The notes under the pieces are model-generated. The model worked only from the letters and a program-made list of their open reading frames with translations. It made no database searches and was not told where the DNA came from. Below, in pieces: positions 29,576 to 38,877 of a DNA stretch of 64,000 nt. Each line of letters opens with the position of its first letter. The stretch's first letter is position 1. Made by a program: the position numbers and the translations under genes. Where the stretch lies: the NCBI GenBank assembly GCA_965237405.1, contig OZ250139.1:957858-1021857 (forward strand), in the 5' to 3' direction. The stretch comes from Vicinamibacterales bacterium. Lineage in GTDB: Bacteria; Acidobacteriota; Vicinamibacteria; Vicinamibacterales; UBA8438.

Positions 29576-30348
29576 ATGGTCCGCATGACACTGCTTCGAC
29601 GACTCCGCGGCGGATTGAGTCGAACGGCGCCGCAACTGGGTCAGCGTGTAGACGACCTGCTTGGCTCGGGTGCAGGAGTAGGCGATGCCAAGACGAGGGA
29701 TTTTACCGACCCCCCGCACGACGAGCAGACACCCTTTCGAGTGGTCCTGGTCGTTTGTGTGAACGGCACCGGGAAAATATCGACGGTCGCGAAGTTGGCC
29801 CACCTACTTAATTGGGACGGTGGGCGGCCGCTTGTGTGTTCTGCTGATACGTTTAGGGCCGCCGGAGTCGAGCAGTTGTCGCTATTGGCCGAGATCGCGC
29901 ACACGTTGACATTGTTGGGTCGAAACCAGGGACCGATACTTCATCGGTGGTGTTAGATGCGATCAAGGTCGGACGGACTCAAGGCAACAATATCCTGCCC
30001 GGCGACACTGTTGGCCGATTGCACACGAACGTCAACCTAATGGCTGAGTTGAAGAAAAATCGGCAGGTTGTTGAGCGGGAGGTTGTGGGCGGCCCCCACG
30101 AGGTGTTACTGGTGCTGGATTCGACGATTGGTCAGAATGGCCTCATTCAAGCGCGTAGGTTCCTGGAGAGCGCCGCGGTGACCTGGAGCGTTTTGACCAA
30201 ACTCGATGGGACTGCGAACGGTGGCATCGCGATTGCCGTCGTGGAGGAACTAAGGATTCCCATTCGTTATGTAGGTATCGGCGAGGACCTCGACGATTTC
30301 TTTCCCTTTTCGACCGATGATTACGTCGAGGGACTCTTCGCGAACTGA
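29576..30348 (+). pseudogene. ftsY: SRP receptor FtsY, apparently frameshifted and degenerate
   Basis: Two ORFs in different frames together give an FtsY NG domain: VVLVVCVNGTGKISTVAKLA...SADTFRAAGVEQL, then VLDAIKV...GDTVGRLHTNVNLMAELKK...VLTKLDGTANGG...IRYVGIGEDLDDFFPF. The frame switch lies near 29898-29906. The P-loop reads GKIS rather than GKT. Confidence 0.7.
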
Positions 30349-30356
30349 TCGTAGCC

Positions 30357-31448
30357 ATGATCGACGCCATGATGGATGAATCCTACATGGACGAGGCGCT
30401 AAACCTTGCCGCGCAGGGGCGAGGGCGAACGAGTCCGAATCCAATGGTCGGCGCGGTGCTCGTTGCGCCGAACGGGACGGTTGTCGGGAGGGGGTATCAC
30501 GAGCACGCGGGTGGACCTCACGCGGAGATTCGAGCCCTCGAGACGGCCGGACGCCGGGCTCACTCGGCGACCCTGTATTGCACGCTCGAGCCATGCAGTC
30601 ATGTTGGACGCACTGGACCGTGCGTAAAACGAATCGCTGACGCCGGCGTCCGCCGAGTCGTTATTGGCTTCGTTGACCCAAACCCTAGCGTGGCTGGTGC
30701 AGGCATCGCGTATTTGCGGAACCAAGGGATCGAAGTCGAAGTCGGTGTTCGACGGCTCGCTGCCCTTCGTCAGAACGAGGTATTTGTTACGTGGATGACG
30801 CAGTCACGACCCTTCGTAATCATGAAGATTGCGGTCAGTCGCGACGGTATGCTTGCGGCGCGGCCGGGAGTTCGCACCTTTCTTACGTCTGATGCCGCCA
30901 ATCACGCGGTGCACCAGATCCGCGCCGATGTTGATGCAATAGGTGTGGGTTCGGAAACCGTTTTGGTCGATGATCCGCTCCTAACAGCTCGCCTCGTCCA
31001 ACGAGATCGGCCTCTTGTTCGGGTGATCTTTGACCGACGGCTCCGAACATCTCCCGAAGCGCGCATCTTCACGACACTTGAGCAGGGGCCGGTCCTGGTT
31101 GCCACGACGGTGGATGCGTTGACCCGCGAGAAGGAAAGGGTAAACGCACTTCGCGAGGTCGGTGGATGCGTGGAGCCAGTTGTGGAGTGCGGTATCTCAT
31201 CGGGACTCCAACGGTTGGCCGAACGTAATATCACATCAATCCTCTTGGAGGGCGGCGGCAGGATTCATCGGGCGGCCTGGCGGGCCGGAGTCGTAGATCG
31301 TGTGCAGCGCTTCACGACAGCGTTCGACATAGGAGATAGAGGAGTGCCGTGGTTGAAGGGAGAATCACTCAACAGACTGTGTGATGTACAGACCTATCAC
31401 TATGGTCCCGATATCCTGATTGACGGCTATGTTCACCGGGTTGATTGA
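30357..31448 (+). CDS. ribD: Bifunctional riboflavin biosynthesis protein RibD (deaminase/reductase)
   Basis: HAEIRAL...TLEPCSHVGRTGPC deaminase zinc motif, followed by a reductase half (KIAVSRDG..., ILLEGGG). Confidence 0.9.
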   Translation: MIDAMMDESYMDEALNLAAQGRGRTSPNPMVGAVLVAPNGTVVGRGYHEHAGGPHAEIRALETAGRRAHSATLYCTLEPCSHVGRTGPCVKRIADAGVRRVVIGFVDPNPSVAGAGIAYLRNQGIEVEVGVRRLAALRQNEVFVTWMTQSRPFVIMKIAVSRDGMLAARPGVRTFLTSDAANHAVHQIRADVDAIGVGSETVLVDDPLLTARLVQRDRPLVRVIFDRRLRTSPEARIFTTLEQGPVLVATTVDALTREKERVNALREVGGCVEPVVECGISSGLQRLAERNITSILLEGGGRIHRAAWRAGVVDRVQRFTTAFDIGDRGVPWLKGESLNRLCDVQTYHYGPDILIDGYVHRVD

Positions 31449-32019
31449 GGCGGTCGGCGAGACTCGTGACGTTCAACCGATCCCGCGAGGGTTGCGGTTC
31501 GTGGTGGTTACACGGCTTGCACCGGAACTCGCCATCGGGGACAGCATCGCGGTCAACGGCGTATGTCTAACCGTCGTCGAGAAGGACACTGCATCGTTTG
31601 CCGCCGAAGTGTCGCCGGAGAGCGTACGGATCACGACACTGGCGCAGCTTCGCTCTGGCCAAAAGGTCAATCTCGAACGCCCAATCCTTGCGGATGGCAG
31701 ACTGGGCGGGCATTTTGTGCTCGGCCACGTCGACGGTATCGGTAGGATTACGGATATTCGGAGCCAAGCTGAGTTCTCGCTCGTGAGTATTGCGTTTCCG
31801 GCCCCGCTTGCCCCCTACATTGTGCTAAAAGGATCGATTGGGATCGACGGTATCAGCTTGACTGTGGCTGCCGTTCAAGACAGTCACGCGCAGATCCAGG
31901 TCGTCCCCTATACGTTGCGGCACACGAATCTTAAGGGCGCTCGTGTCGGGGATCCGGTGAATGTGGAATGCGATATCATCGGAAAATACGTCGTACGGGC
32001 TGTGCGCAATTCTATTTAG
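31429..32019 (+). CDS. ribE: Riboflavin synthase (alpha chain)
   Basis: MFTGLIEAVG start, GDSIAVNGVCLTV and the repeated GSIGIDGISLTV lumazine-binding motifs. It overlaps the ribD end by 20 nt. Confidence 0.9.
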   Translation: MFTGLIEAVGETRDVQPIPRGLRFVVVTRLAPELAIGDSIAVNGVCLTVVEKDTASFAAEVSPESVRITTLAQLRSGQKVNLERPILADGRLGGHFVLGHVDGIGRITDIRSQAEFSLVSIAFPAPLAPYIVLKGSIGIDGISLTVAAVQDSHAQIQVVPYTLRHTNLKGARVGDPVNVECDIIGKYVVRAVRNSI

Positions 32020-32028
32020 GGAGTAATC

Positions 32029-33288
32029 ATGCGGCGACAAAAAACTGGCGGACCCGCGAAGGGCCCGAAGGCGGTTCGACGGCAAGGGCCTTTTGCGCCG
32101 ATGTGTGAGGCAATTGACGCGATTCGCGCTGGGCAAATGATCATCGTTGTCGACGACGAAGACCGTGAGAATGAAGGTGATCTGACAATTGCCGCCGAGA
32201 AGGTCACCGCCGACGCGATCAATTTTATGGCGCGCTTCGGACGAGGCCTGATCTGCCTTCCCATGACAGCGGAGCGTCTCGACGAACTTGAGATTCCGAT
32301 GATGGTCAGCGAGAACACGTCCCGGTTCGAAACCGCCTTCGCGGTCCCCATCGAAGCTAAGGACGTAACGAGTACCGGGATATCCGCGCCTGACCGCGCC
32401 GCCACTATTAGGACGGCCATTGATCCGTCCACGGCGCCGGATGATTTGGCGCGTCCTGGACACATGTTTCCCCTCCGCGCGCGGTGTGGTGGAGTGCTCG
32501 TCCGTGCCGGGCAGACGGAAGCGGCTGTTGATCTTGCGCGGCTAGCTGGACTTTATCCGGCCGGCGTCATTTGCGAGATCATGAACGACGACGGCACGAT
32601 GGCACGCGTGAAGGAGTTGACGAGGTTTTCGCGAAAGCACGGTCTGCTCATGATCACCATTGCGGAGCTCATAAAGTACCGGATGCGAAACGACCGGCTC
32701 ATCAAACGGATCGCATCGGCGTGCCTGCCGACTTATCACGGACAGTTTCAGGTGCACGCGTATGAGAGCGTAATTGATGGAGAGACACATGTTGCACTGG
32801 TACGAGGTGATATTGGAGATGGGCAGAACACGTTAGTTCGTGTTCACTCACGCTGTTTGACGGGAGACGTCTTTCACTCCGAGCGGTGTGACTGCGGAGG
32901 ACAGCTCAATTCGGCGATGAAGCAAATTGCTTTAGAAGGTCGCGGCGTCCTTTTATACCTCAACCAGGAGGGGCGTGGTATCGGACTCGCCAATAAGATC
33001 CGCGCCTACGAGCTTCAAGATGAGGGATGTGACACGGTCGAGGCAAATGAACGGCTGGGGTTCAAACCAGACCAGAGAGACTATGGAATCGGCGCGCAAA
33101 TCCTGCGCGATCTCGGCGTCGAAACGATGCGCTTACTGACTAACAATCCTCGAAAGTTTATCGGGCTCGACGGTTACGGTCTGTACGTCATCGAATCCTT
33201 ACCGCTTGAGATCGCAGCCTCGGATCACTCACGGGACTATCTAAAGACGAAGAAGGACAAGCTCGGGCACACGCTTTCGTCCGTGTGA
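32029..33288 (+). CDS. ribBA: Bifunctional 3,4-dihydroxy-2-butanone-4-phosphate synthase / GTP cyclohydrolase II
   Basis: VVDDEDRENEGDL and GHMFPL (RibB half). VHSRCLTGDVFHSERCDCG and EGRGIGLANK (RibA half). Confidence 0.92.
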   Translation: MRRQKTGGPAKGPKAVRRQGPFAPMCEAIDAIRAGQMIIVVDDEDRENEGDLTIAAEKVTADAINFMARFGRGLICLPMTAERLDELEIPMMVSENTSRFETAFAVPIEAKDVTSTGISAPDRAATIRTAIDPSTAPDDLARPGHMFPLRARCGGVLVRAGQTEAAVDLARLAGLYPAGVICEIMNDDGTMARVKELTRFSRKHGLLMITIAELIKYRMRNDRLIKRIASACLPTYHGQFQVHAYESVIDGETHVALVRGDIGDGQNTLVRVHSRCLTGDVFHSERCDCGGQLNSAMKQIALEGRGVLLYLNQEGRGIGLANKIRAYELQDEGCDTVEANERLGFKPDQRDYGIGAQILRDLGVETMRLLTNNPRKFIGLDGYGLYVIESLPLEIAASDHSRDYLKTKKDKLGHTLSSV

Positions 33289-34129
33289 ACCGAAGGACCG
33301 ATTCTCGGTCGCCCATATCCGCCGGAGTGGTTAGGTCCGAGTGGTCTGAAAACCTGATAATGTTGGATGCAAACTTACGACGAATCCAGTCGACCGTACC
33401 AAATCCACCACGTCATCAAAATAGCCGAGATTCTTAGATCGCGGAAAAGTTACCAGGGAACTCGATCCTTCACGACGACGATTCGCCGCGCCACACGCTG
33501 AGCTTCCGTGACTAATTCGCGACTTGGCACGCTGGTCGTTGCCAGTATTCGAACGAGGTCAAAACTCTTTGAATCATTGATCGTTGTCCTAAACATTGAG
33601 TCAAAAATAGACAACGTCCCACGACGTCGAAGGAAAGGCCATTAAGAGATGTTCGTGCTTGGTCGTGATGACGCTCACACGTCGCATTGCGCGTACGAGC
33701 GTTGCGGCGCCGTGGCTGTAATGACGCATTCCGTGGGAAACAATCGTTGCCAGTATCGCGGACGACTCAACGGCGCCTATCCTGCCACCGGCGCCGACAG
33801 CATGGGTTGCAACGATCGCGTCGGCGGCCGAGCCCGCACTTCCAGTCGATCACGCTGTTGCCACTCTTTAAGCCTACAACCTCGGCGAAGCGATCTCCCC
33901 GGCCAGGCTGTAGTTGCAGCAATTCGATGTCTCACCATGTTCGGATGAAACCCATAACCGTGTTCCCTGGTGAACGAGTCGAATCTCGTCCTTACTGGCG
34001 ACAGGGCCCGCCAGGAGCCGTCATGAGTCCCTTCAACTTACCGAGTTCCCCTCGGAAACCGAACAAGTCTCCACACCAGGCGGACAACTGTCAATCTCAG
34101 GCGTATACTGGCGCAACTCGGGAGGAGAA

Positions 34130-34492
34130 ATGAGGATCCTGCTTCTGCTATTTGTGGCACTCAACACCGTGATCTTAACGAGTGGAGTTGGACAGGATGC
34201 TGAAACCCCAGATGGGAACCACTTGCTCGTGGCGTGCCGTGAGTATGTCCGCTTCATAGACGGGCGACTGATCGAACTCTATCCTCCTGCTGCAATGTGT
34301 GCTGGTCTTGTTCGGGGTGTAGTAGAAACAGCGCAAAACATCTCCAACAGTGTATGTTTGCCCGATAACGCGAACATCGGGGCAACTGTTCGAATCGTCA
34401 TAAACTACCTCAACGATAGTCCCGATCGACTAGATGAGCGTGACACCCTCCTGATTCTTCGAGCTTTGGTTGGCGCCTTTCCCTGTCGTTAA
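34130..34492 (+). CDS. Small secreted protein resembling the Rap1a/Tai4 family (type VI amidase immunity-type)
   Basis: GGAGGAG RBS 3 nt upstream and a signal peptide (MRILLLLFVALNTVILTSG). The Cys pattern and motif layout, C-x-GLVRGVVE...VCLPDNANIGATVRIVINYLNDSPDRLDE...LRALVGAFPC, match my recollection of that family (C.GyV.Gv...C.P.gvt.gq...vv.yL...P......AL...fPC). Confidence 0.5.
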   Translation: MRILLLLFVALNTVILTSGVGQDAETPDGNHLLVACREYVRFIDGRLIELYPPAAMCAGLVRGVVETAQNISNSVCLPDNANIGATVRIVINYLNDSPDRLDERDTLLILRALVGAFPCR

Positions 34493-34648
34493 CCAGGCCG
34501 AAAGTCAGCCTCGCCCGCTCGACGTAACCAAAGAAATCGCGATGACTCCGTGGGTGCACCTGTTTAGTCCGTGGAGAACTGCGCAACGGCCTCATCCGTA
34601 CGCATAGCTCGATGGAGTCAAGTTCGCGAGAACCGACTCCTCTTTGTA

Positions 34649-36763
34649 CTAGTCAGGCAACGCGAAGGCGATAAGACGTGGACCGTCACCGACTGTGAGT
34701 GCGATGTATTGTTTTCCGTTGACCATATAGGTCATTGGGGTTCCGATGGCCCCGCTAGGCAAGTCGACGGATCCCAGTTCGGTCCCGTTTGCCTTGTCGT
34801 AGGCTACCAACCGCGGCCCCTCGTTTAAACCCCCGGCGGTCAGGCAGTACAGCAATAGCGTCTTCGTTAACAGAGGGCCATTGGAACCGTTGTCCCCACC
34901 AAGTGGTGGCAGATTCAAGTCGCGTAGGCGTGGGTGGTTACGGTAACGATTCCCCTCACCGGTCGGTACCCACCACGCATGCTCGCCAGTATTCATGTCG
35001 ATCGCTGTCATCCGTGAATATGGAGGTTTGAGTAAGGGCAAGCCCTGCGGCATTTGCGGTGAACCCGATCCTCCTGCACCTGCTAGCATTTGCTCTTCGG
35101 GGGCCCCGGCCGTGTACCGGACTGTTGCCCCGAGCGCAGGGTCAGGCGTGTACAGCTTTATGACAATGGCTCGGTTGCGTGATGGGATGTACAGCATTCC
35201 AGTTTCCGGGTCGACCGCAGCCCCGGCCCAACCTACCGTACCGTCGGTGGGAGGACGCATGATCGTACCGCGCGTAACTCCTTCGATCGGCCGATCCAGC
35301 GGTGTAAAGAGTGGGCCCAGTCGGAAACCTTCAACGGCCTTCACCGCCAGCGCACGAATCTCAGGCGTGAAATCAACCAGGTCGTCAAGCGTCACGCCCT
35401 GGTAGTCAAACGGTGCTGGTTTTGTTGGAAACGGCTGCGTCGGCGATGGCACGTCGCCTGGGATATTGGTCTCCTGCGGCACGGGTCGTTCCTCAATTGG
35501 CCAGATCGGGTCTCCCGTAACGCGGTCGAATGCGTAAACGAACCCTTGCTTGCTTACCTGCACAATGGCCCTAATGTCGCGTCCGTCAACCGTGATGTCA
35601 ATCAAATTTGGATGTGTCGGAAAGTCGTAATCCCACAGGCCGTGGTGAACGGCCTGGAAATGCCACACGCGTTCGCCGGTCTCGACGTCAACCGCGATCA
35701 ACGTCTCCGAAAAGAGGTTATCCCCCAGTCGGTCGACCCCTATGAAGTCATTCGTGGTGGTTCCGGTCGGTAGGTAAACATGGCCAAGTTCATTGTCACC
35801 GGCGAGCATTGACCAGACGTTGGCGTTTCCGGAGTAGCGCCAGGATTCGTTAAGCCAGGTATCGACACCGAATTCATCCGTGCCGTTCGGAACAGTGTGA
35901 AAGTCCCAGGCGTGTTCACCGGTTCGAACATCCCAAGCCCGCACCCAGCCGGGAACTGCTTCCTTGGTGATGCGACGGTCGGCGACATGTGATCCGTGAA
36001 TAACTTTGTCACGGACAACAATAGGTGGGGAGTGGATTCCCCAGAGCATTGCGTTCAGGTAGTCACGATCCTCTCGATTGGCCCGAGGAACACCAACCAT
36101 CGTATCGACCATTCCACTGCCATCCGGTCCGAAGTCAGAACATGGCTGACCCGTCTCTGCATTAACACAGACAATATAGCCATTCCCAGTGCCCCAGAAG
36201 ATCCGTTCGTCTTTGTTACCGTCCGTCCAGTAGGCCACGCCACGCTGGGTCCACCCGTACCCAGGTGGAGTCCCCTCTTCATACACCTTCGGGTTGAAGA
36301 CCCAGAGAGTTTTACCGGTAGTGGCATCGACGGCGACTCCTTGGGAGAGCGGAGTATTGAAATAGAGAACACCGCCAATCATCAGTGGCGTGGCCTGCAA
36401 TCGCGATGAGAATGGCAGGTGTCCGAGTCGATGCAGGTCAGGAGTATCCTGAATGAGGGACTCGACAATCGTCTTGAGTGGGGCGGACCACGAGCCACCA
36501 CCAGGGGTTGTTCGACTTAGGAAGTTATCGACGGACGTCCACTCCCAGGCAATCTCTAGGTTCGTAAAGTTATTGGCGTTGATCTGGTCAAGGGGGGAAT
36601 ACTTCTTACCACCGATATCGCCAGCGTAACTCCGCCACTCACCGTTTGAGGTGTCGTAAGTTTGCCAGGCTCCCGTGGGATTTCTCTGCTGTGCCTTTAC
36701 GGTTGTTACCGCGCAAATGAGAAGAGTGAGGGTCACGGTGAAGGTTGGCAACTGCTGACGCAT
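34649..36763 (-). CDS. PQQ-dependent dehydrogenase (quinoprotein, 8-bladed propeller), secreted
   Basis: 705 aa counted from the ATG at 36763 (GGAGG 8 nt upstream, signal peptide MRQQLPTFTVTLTLLICAVTTVKAQ). It has W-rich propeller repeats and an N-terminal WRSYAGDIGGKKYSPLDQINANNFTNLEIAW motif typical of quinoprotein dehydrogenases. Confidence 0.85.
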   Translation of the reverse strand: MRQQLPTFTVTLTLLICAVTTVKAQQRNPTGAWQTYDTSNGEWRSYAGDIGGKKYSPLDQINANNFTNLEIAWEWTSVDNFLSRTTPGGGSWSAPLKTIVESLIQDTPDLHRLGHLPFSSRLQATPLMIGGVLYFNTPLSQGVAVDATTGKTLWVFNPKVYEEGTPPGYGWTQRGVAYWTDGNKDERIFWGTGNGYIVCVNAETGQPCSDFGPDGSGMVDTMVGVPRANREDRDYLNAMLWGIHSPPIVVRDKVIHGSHVADRRITKEAVPGWVRAWDVRTGEHAWDFHTVPNGTDEFGVDTWLNESWRYSGNANVWSMLAGDNELGHVYLPTGTTTNDFIGVDRLGDNLFSETLIAVDVETGERVWHFQAVHHGLWDYDFPTHPNLIDITVDGRDIRAIVQVSKQGFVYAFDRVTGDPIWPIEERPVPQETNIPGDVPSPTQPFPTKPAPFDYQGVTLDDLVDFTPEIRALAVKAVEGFRLGPLFTPLDRPIEGVTRGTIMRPPTDGTVGWAGAAVDPETGMLYIPSRNRAIVIKLYTPDPALGATVRYTAGAPEEQMLAGAGGSGSPQMPQGLPLLKPPYSRMTAIDMNTGEHAWWVPTGEGNRYRNHPRLRDLNLPPLGGDNGSNGPLLTKTLLLYCLTAGGLNEGPRLVAYDKANGTELGSVDLPSGAIGTPMTYMVNGKQYIALTVGDGPRLIAFALPD

Positions 36764-36960
36764 GGTGAAACCTCCGTGTTGCAGTGCATTAACATCAAAT
36801 TCGTAATGCTTGTCCAAACAGAAGAAGCGGCGAAATGAATAGGGCAACGCGGAGCGGTGGACTGTTCAACAGGGACTGGACGACCGCTCAATCGGACGTA
36901 AGACGGCAAATCCCAATCGTAACCCCACGTGGCTGTGGTCTGGTCGCCGACCACATCGAA

Positions 36961-37551
36961 TCAATCTCGACGCTGATTAGAGATACGACCGTGATGGTGG
37001 GTAACCTTCCGATTACCCGGTCTTACCTCAATAGCCAGGACCCAACGCTTCTCCGGCAGATCGTCCAGCGTGATGGTGAGATCCGGATAGTAGTCCGGCC
37101 CGTCGGCCGGTACAATCGCCTTAGGAAACGCAACGATGTAGTCGGGTTCGCCAAGCACCCACCCTTAGGTGAAATCGGGAAACTAAGGCAGATCAGCCAG
37201 GGCGCCTCGCGGCGAACATGCGGCGACCCTAGCAGTAATCGTTCCAATTTCCTCTTCGCTTAGGCTCGGATCGTTCTTGAAGGTGCCGTGCAACGGGTTA
37301 GCGAACCATGGAGACATCTCGCGCGAAAGGACCTTGTCCTTGATCGCCCGCGCCCAGGGCCGTACTTCCTAGTAGCTACGAAGCGGCATCGGTGCCGATT
37401 CGTCAGGCCGGTGACATGTGACGCACTTATCAAACAAGATTGGAGCCACGTACTTGGAGAAAGTCTTGATCTCCTTACCTGCCCCCTGGAGTGTCATTAC
37501 CGTCAGACTCAGCACCAGAGTGGTTACGAATAGAACTTTCGCTCGATCCAT
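36961..37551 (-). pseudogene. CxxCH-motif (planctomycete-cytochrome-like N-terminal domain) protein, pseudogene with in-frame stops
   Basis: A single frame reads [104 protein letters not shown]...LADLP*FPDFT*GWVLGEPDYIVAFPKAIVPADGPDYY...VTHHH...*. The stops are TAG 37369-71, TAG 37183-85, TAA 37165-67 and TGA 36961-63. Confidence 0.65.
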
Positions 37552-37627
37552 ACGGTCTCCTATGGGGCGCCCCAGGGTTTTCTTGGACACTTGATTGCGA
37601 GAGAGTTCTCGTAGGAGGAGTGTCGAG

Positions 37628-37987
37628 ATGGAGAAGCACGATCAGGAGTCGGCGGTGGCGGAGGGAGGCCGGAGGGCGACCGGAGGGGGCCGGTTTTCAG
37701 TCGGTCGCAAGAGCGCCGTGGTGATGTGCTTGCTGCGCGGGGAGGATCTCGAGTCCGTGTCGCGGGAGTGGAGGATCACGGCGGCGCGGGCGTCGCAGTG
37801 GCGCGATCAGTTTCTGGCCGCGGGCCAGGCGGGCCTGAAGAGCCGAGCGACGGATGCCCGGGGTGAAGACAACCGTCGGCTGCGGGCCAAGGTCGGCGAG
37901 CTGCTGATGGAGAACGAACTGCTCTACGCGAAGGTGGACCAGCTGGAGGCCGGCTCCCCTTTGGCCCGGAGGAGGTCGACGCGATGA
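37628..37987 (+). CDS. IS3-family transposase OrfA (HTH + leucine-zipper-like C-terminus)
   Basis: GGAGGAG RBS before the ATG at 37628. Sequence [40 protein letters not shown]...[25 protein letters not shown]. Confidence 0.8.
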   Translation: MEKHDQESAVAEGGRRATGGGRFSVGRKSAVVMCLLRGEDLESVSREWRITAARASQWRDQFLAAGQAGLKSRATDARGEDNRRLRAKVGELLMENELLYAKVDQLEAGSPLARRRSTR

Positions 37988-38877
37988 GTGGCGCCCATTC
38001 GATCTCCACCCGTCGGGCGTACGGCGTGCAGCGGATCTACCGCGTGTGGGAGCGGGCGCGGTCCAGCGTCTACGCGAGGCGTCACGCGACGAGGTCACGC
38101 GCGCCGTGGTGTCGCCGCGGGCCGGTCGGTGCCGCCCCGGACGAGGTGCTGGTCGGCCACATCCGCCGGGTACTCGAAGCCTCGCCGTTTCATGGCGAGG
38201 GGTACCGCAAAGCCTGGGCGAAGCTGCGGGTCGCGGGGATCCGCACCTCGAAGGAGCGGGTGCGGCGGTTGATGCGGGAGCACGACCTCCAGGCCCCGCA
38301 CCGCGCGGGGCACGCGCACGGCCCGAAGGCGCATGACGGCACGATCACCACGGAGGCCCCCGATGTGATGTGGGGAACGGACATGTCGGCCACGGTGACG
38401 GTCGGCGAGGGGGCGGCGTTCGTGTTCGTGGCTGTCGATCACTGTACGACCGAGTGCATCGGCCTCCATGCGGCCAAGAACGGGAGCCGGTTCGAGGCCC
38501 TGGAGCCGATCCGCCAGGGCGTCCGGGAACGCTTCGGCGCCATCGCCAAAGGTGTCGCCAGCGGGCTTCGTCTTCGTCACGACCACGGATCGAACTACCT
38601 GGCCGATGACTTCCAACGGGAGATCAAGTTCTTTGGTATCGAGAGCTCACCGAGCTTCGTGCGGGAGCCCGAAGGGAATGGCGTCGCTGAGCGCTTCATC
38701 CGCACACTGAAGGAGAACGTCTTGTGGGTACGGAGCTTCGAAACGATCGAGGAGCTCCGCCTCGCCTTGCTTGAGTTCAAGCGGACATACAACGAACAGT
38801 GGATGCTTGAGAAGTACGACTATCGAAGCCCAGCCCAGGTGCGCCGCGACCGGGTCGGGCTAGACGCGGCAGCATAG
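37984..38877 (+). CDS. IS3-family transposase OrfB (rve/DDE integrase core)
   Basis: WGTDMS...VAVDHCTTECIG...LRHDHGSNY...PEGNGVAERFIRTLKE. The frame is -1 relative to OrfA, is open back to 37867, and has an ATGA overlap with the OrfA stop. Confidence 0.88.
   Translation: MSGAHSISTRRAYGVQRIYRVWERARSSVYARRHATRSRAPWCRRGPVGAAPDEVLVGHIRRVLEASPFHGEGYRKAWAKLRVAGIRTSKERVRRLMREHDLQAPHRAGHAHGPKAHDGTITTEAPDVMWGTDMSATVTVGEGAAFVFVAVDHCTTECIGLHAAKNGSRFEALEPIRQGVRERFGAIAKGVASGLRLRHDHGSNYLADDFQREIKFFGIESSPSFVREPEGNGVAERFIRTLKENVLWVRSFETIEELRLALLEFKRTYNEQWMLEKYDYRSPAQVRRDRVGLDAAA

Noticed and set aside
30349-30356. FMN riboswitch expected upstream of ribD
   Set aside because: Only 8 nt separate the ftsY stop from the ribD start, and the upstream DNA is coding. 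There is no room for an RFN element here.
33400-33406. Searched 33289-40670 for a direct repeat of the tRNA-fMet 3' half (att site)
   Set aside because: Only a 7-mer (GGATTTG on the opposite strand) was found, in the wrong orientation and too short to be meaningful. By-eye searching cannot exclude a degenerate att site.
33649-34133. Two overlapping plus-strand ORFs (99 and 148 aa) in the gap after ribBA
   Set aside because: Both have Arg/Ser/Cys/Pro-rich low-complexity translations, no RBS, mutual overlap and no recognisable motif. They are treated as non-coding or degraded DNA.
36961-37371. In-frame stops as programmed recoding (Sec/Pyl/read-through), given selB in the window
   Set aside because: The stops are a mix of TAG, TAG, TAA and TGA. 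No hairpin resembling a bacterial SECIS follows the single TGA, and homology ends shortly after it. The gene also lost its SD/promoter to an IS. A pseudogene is the simpler reading.
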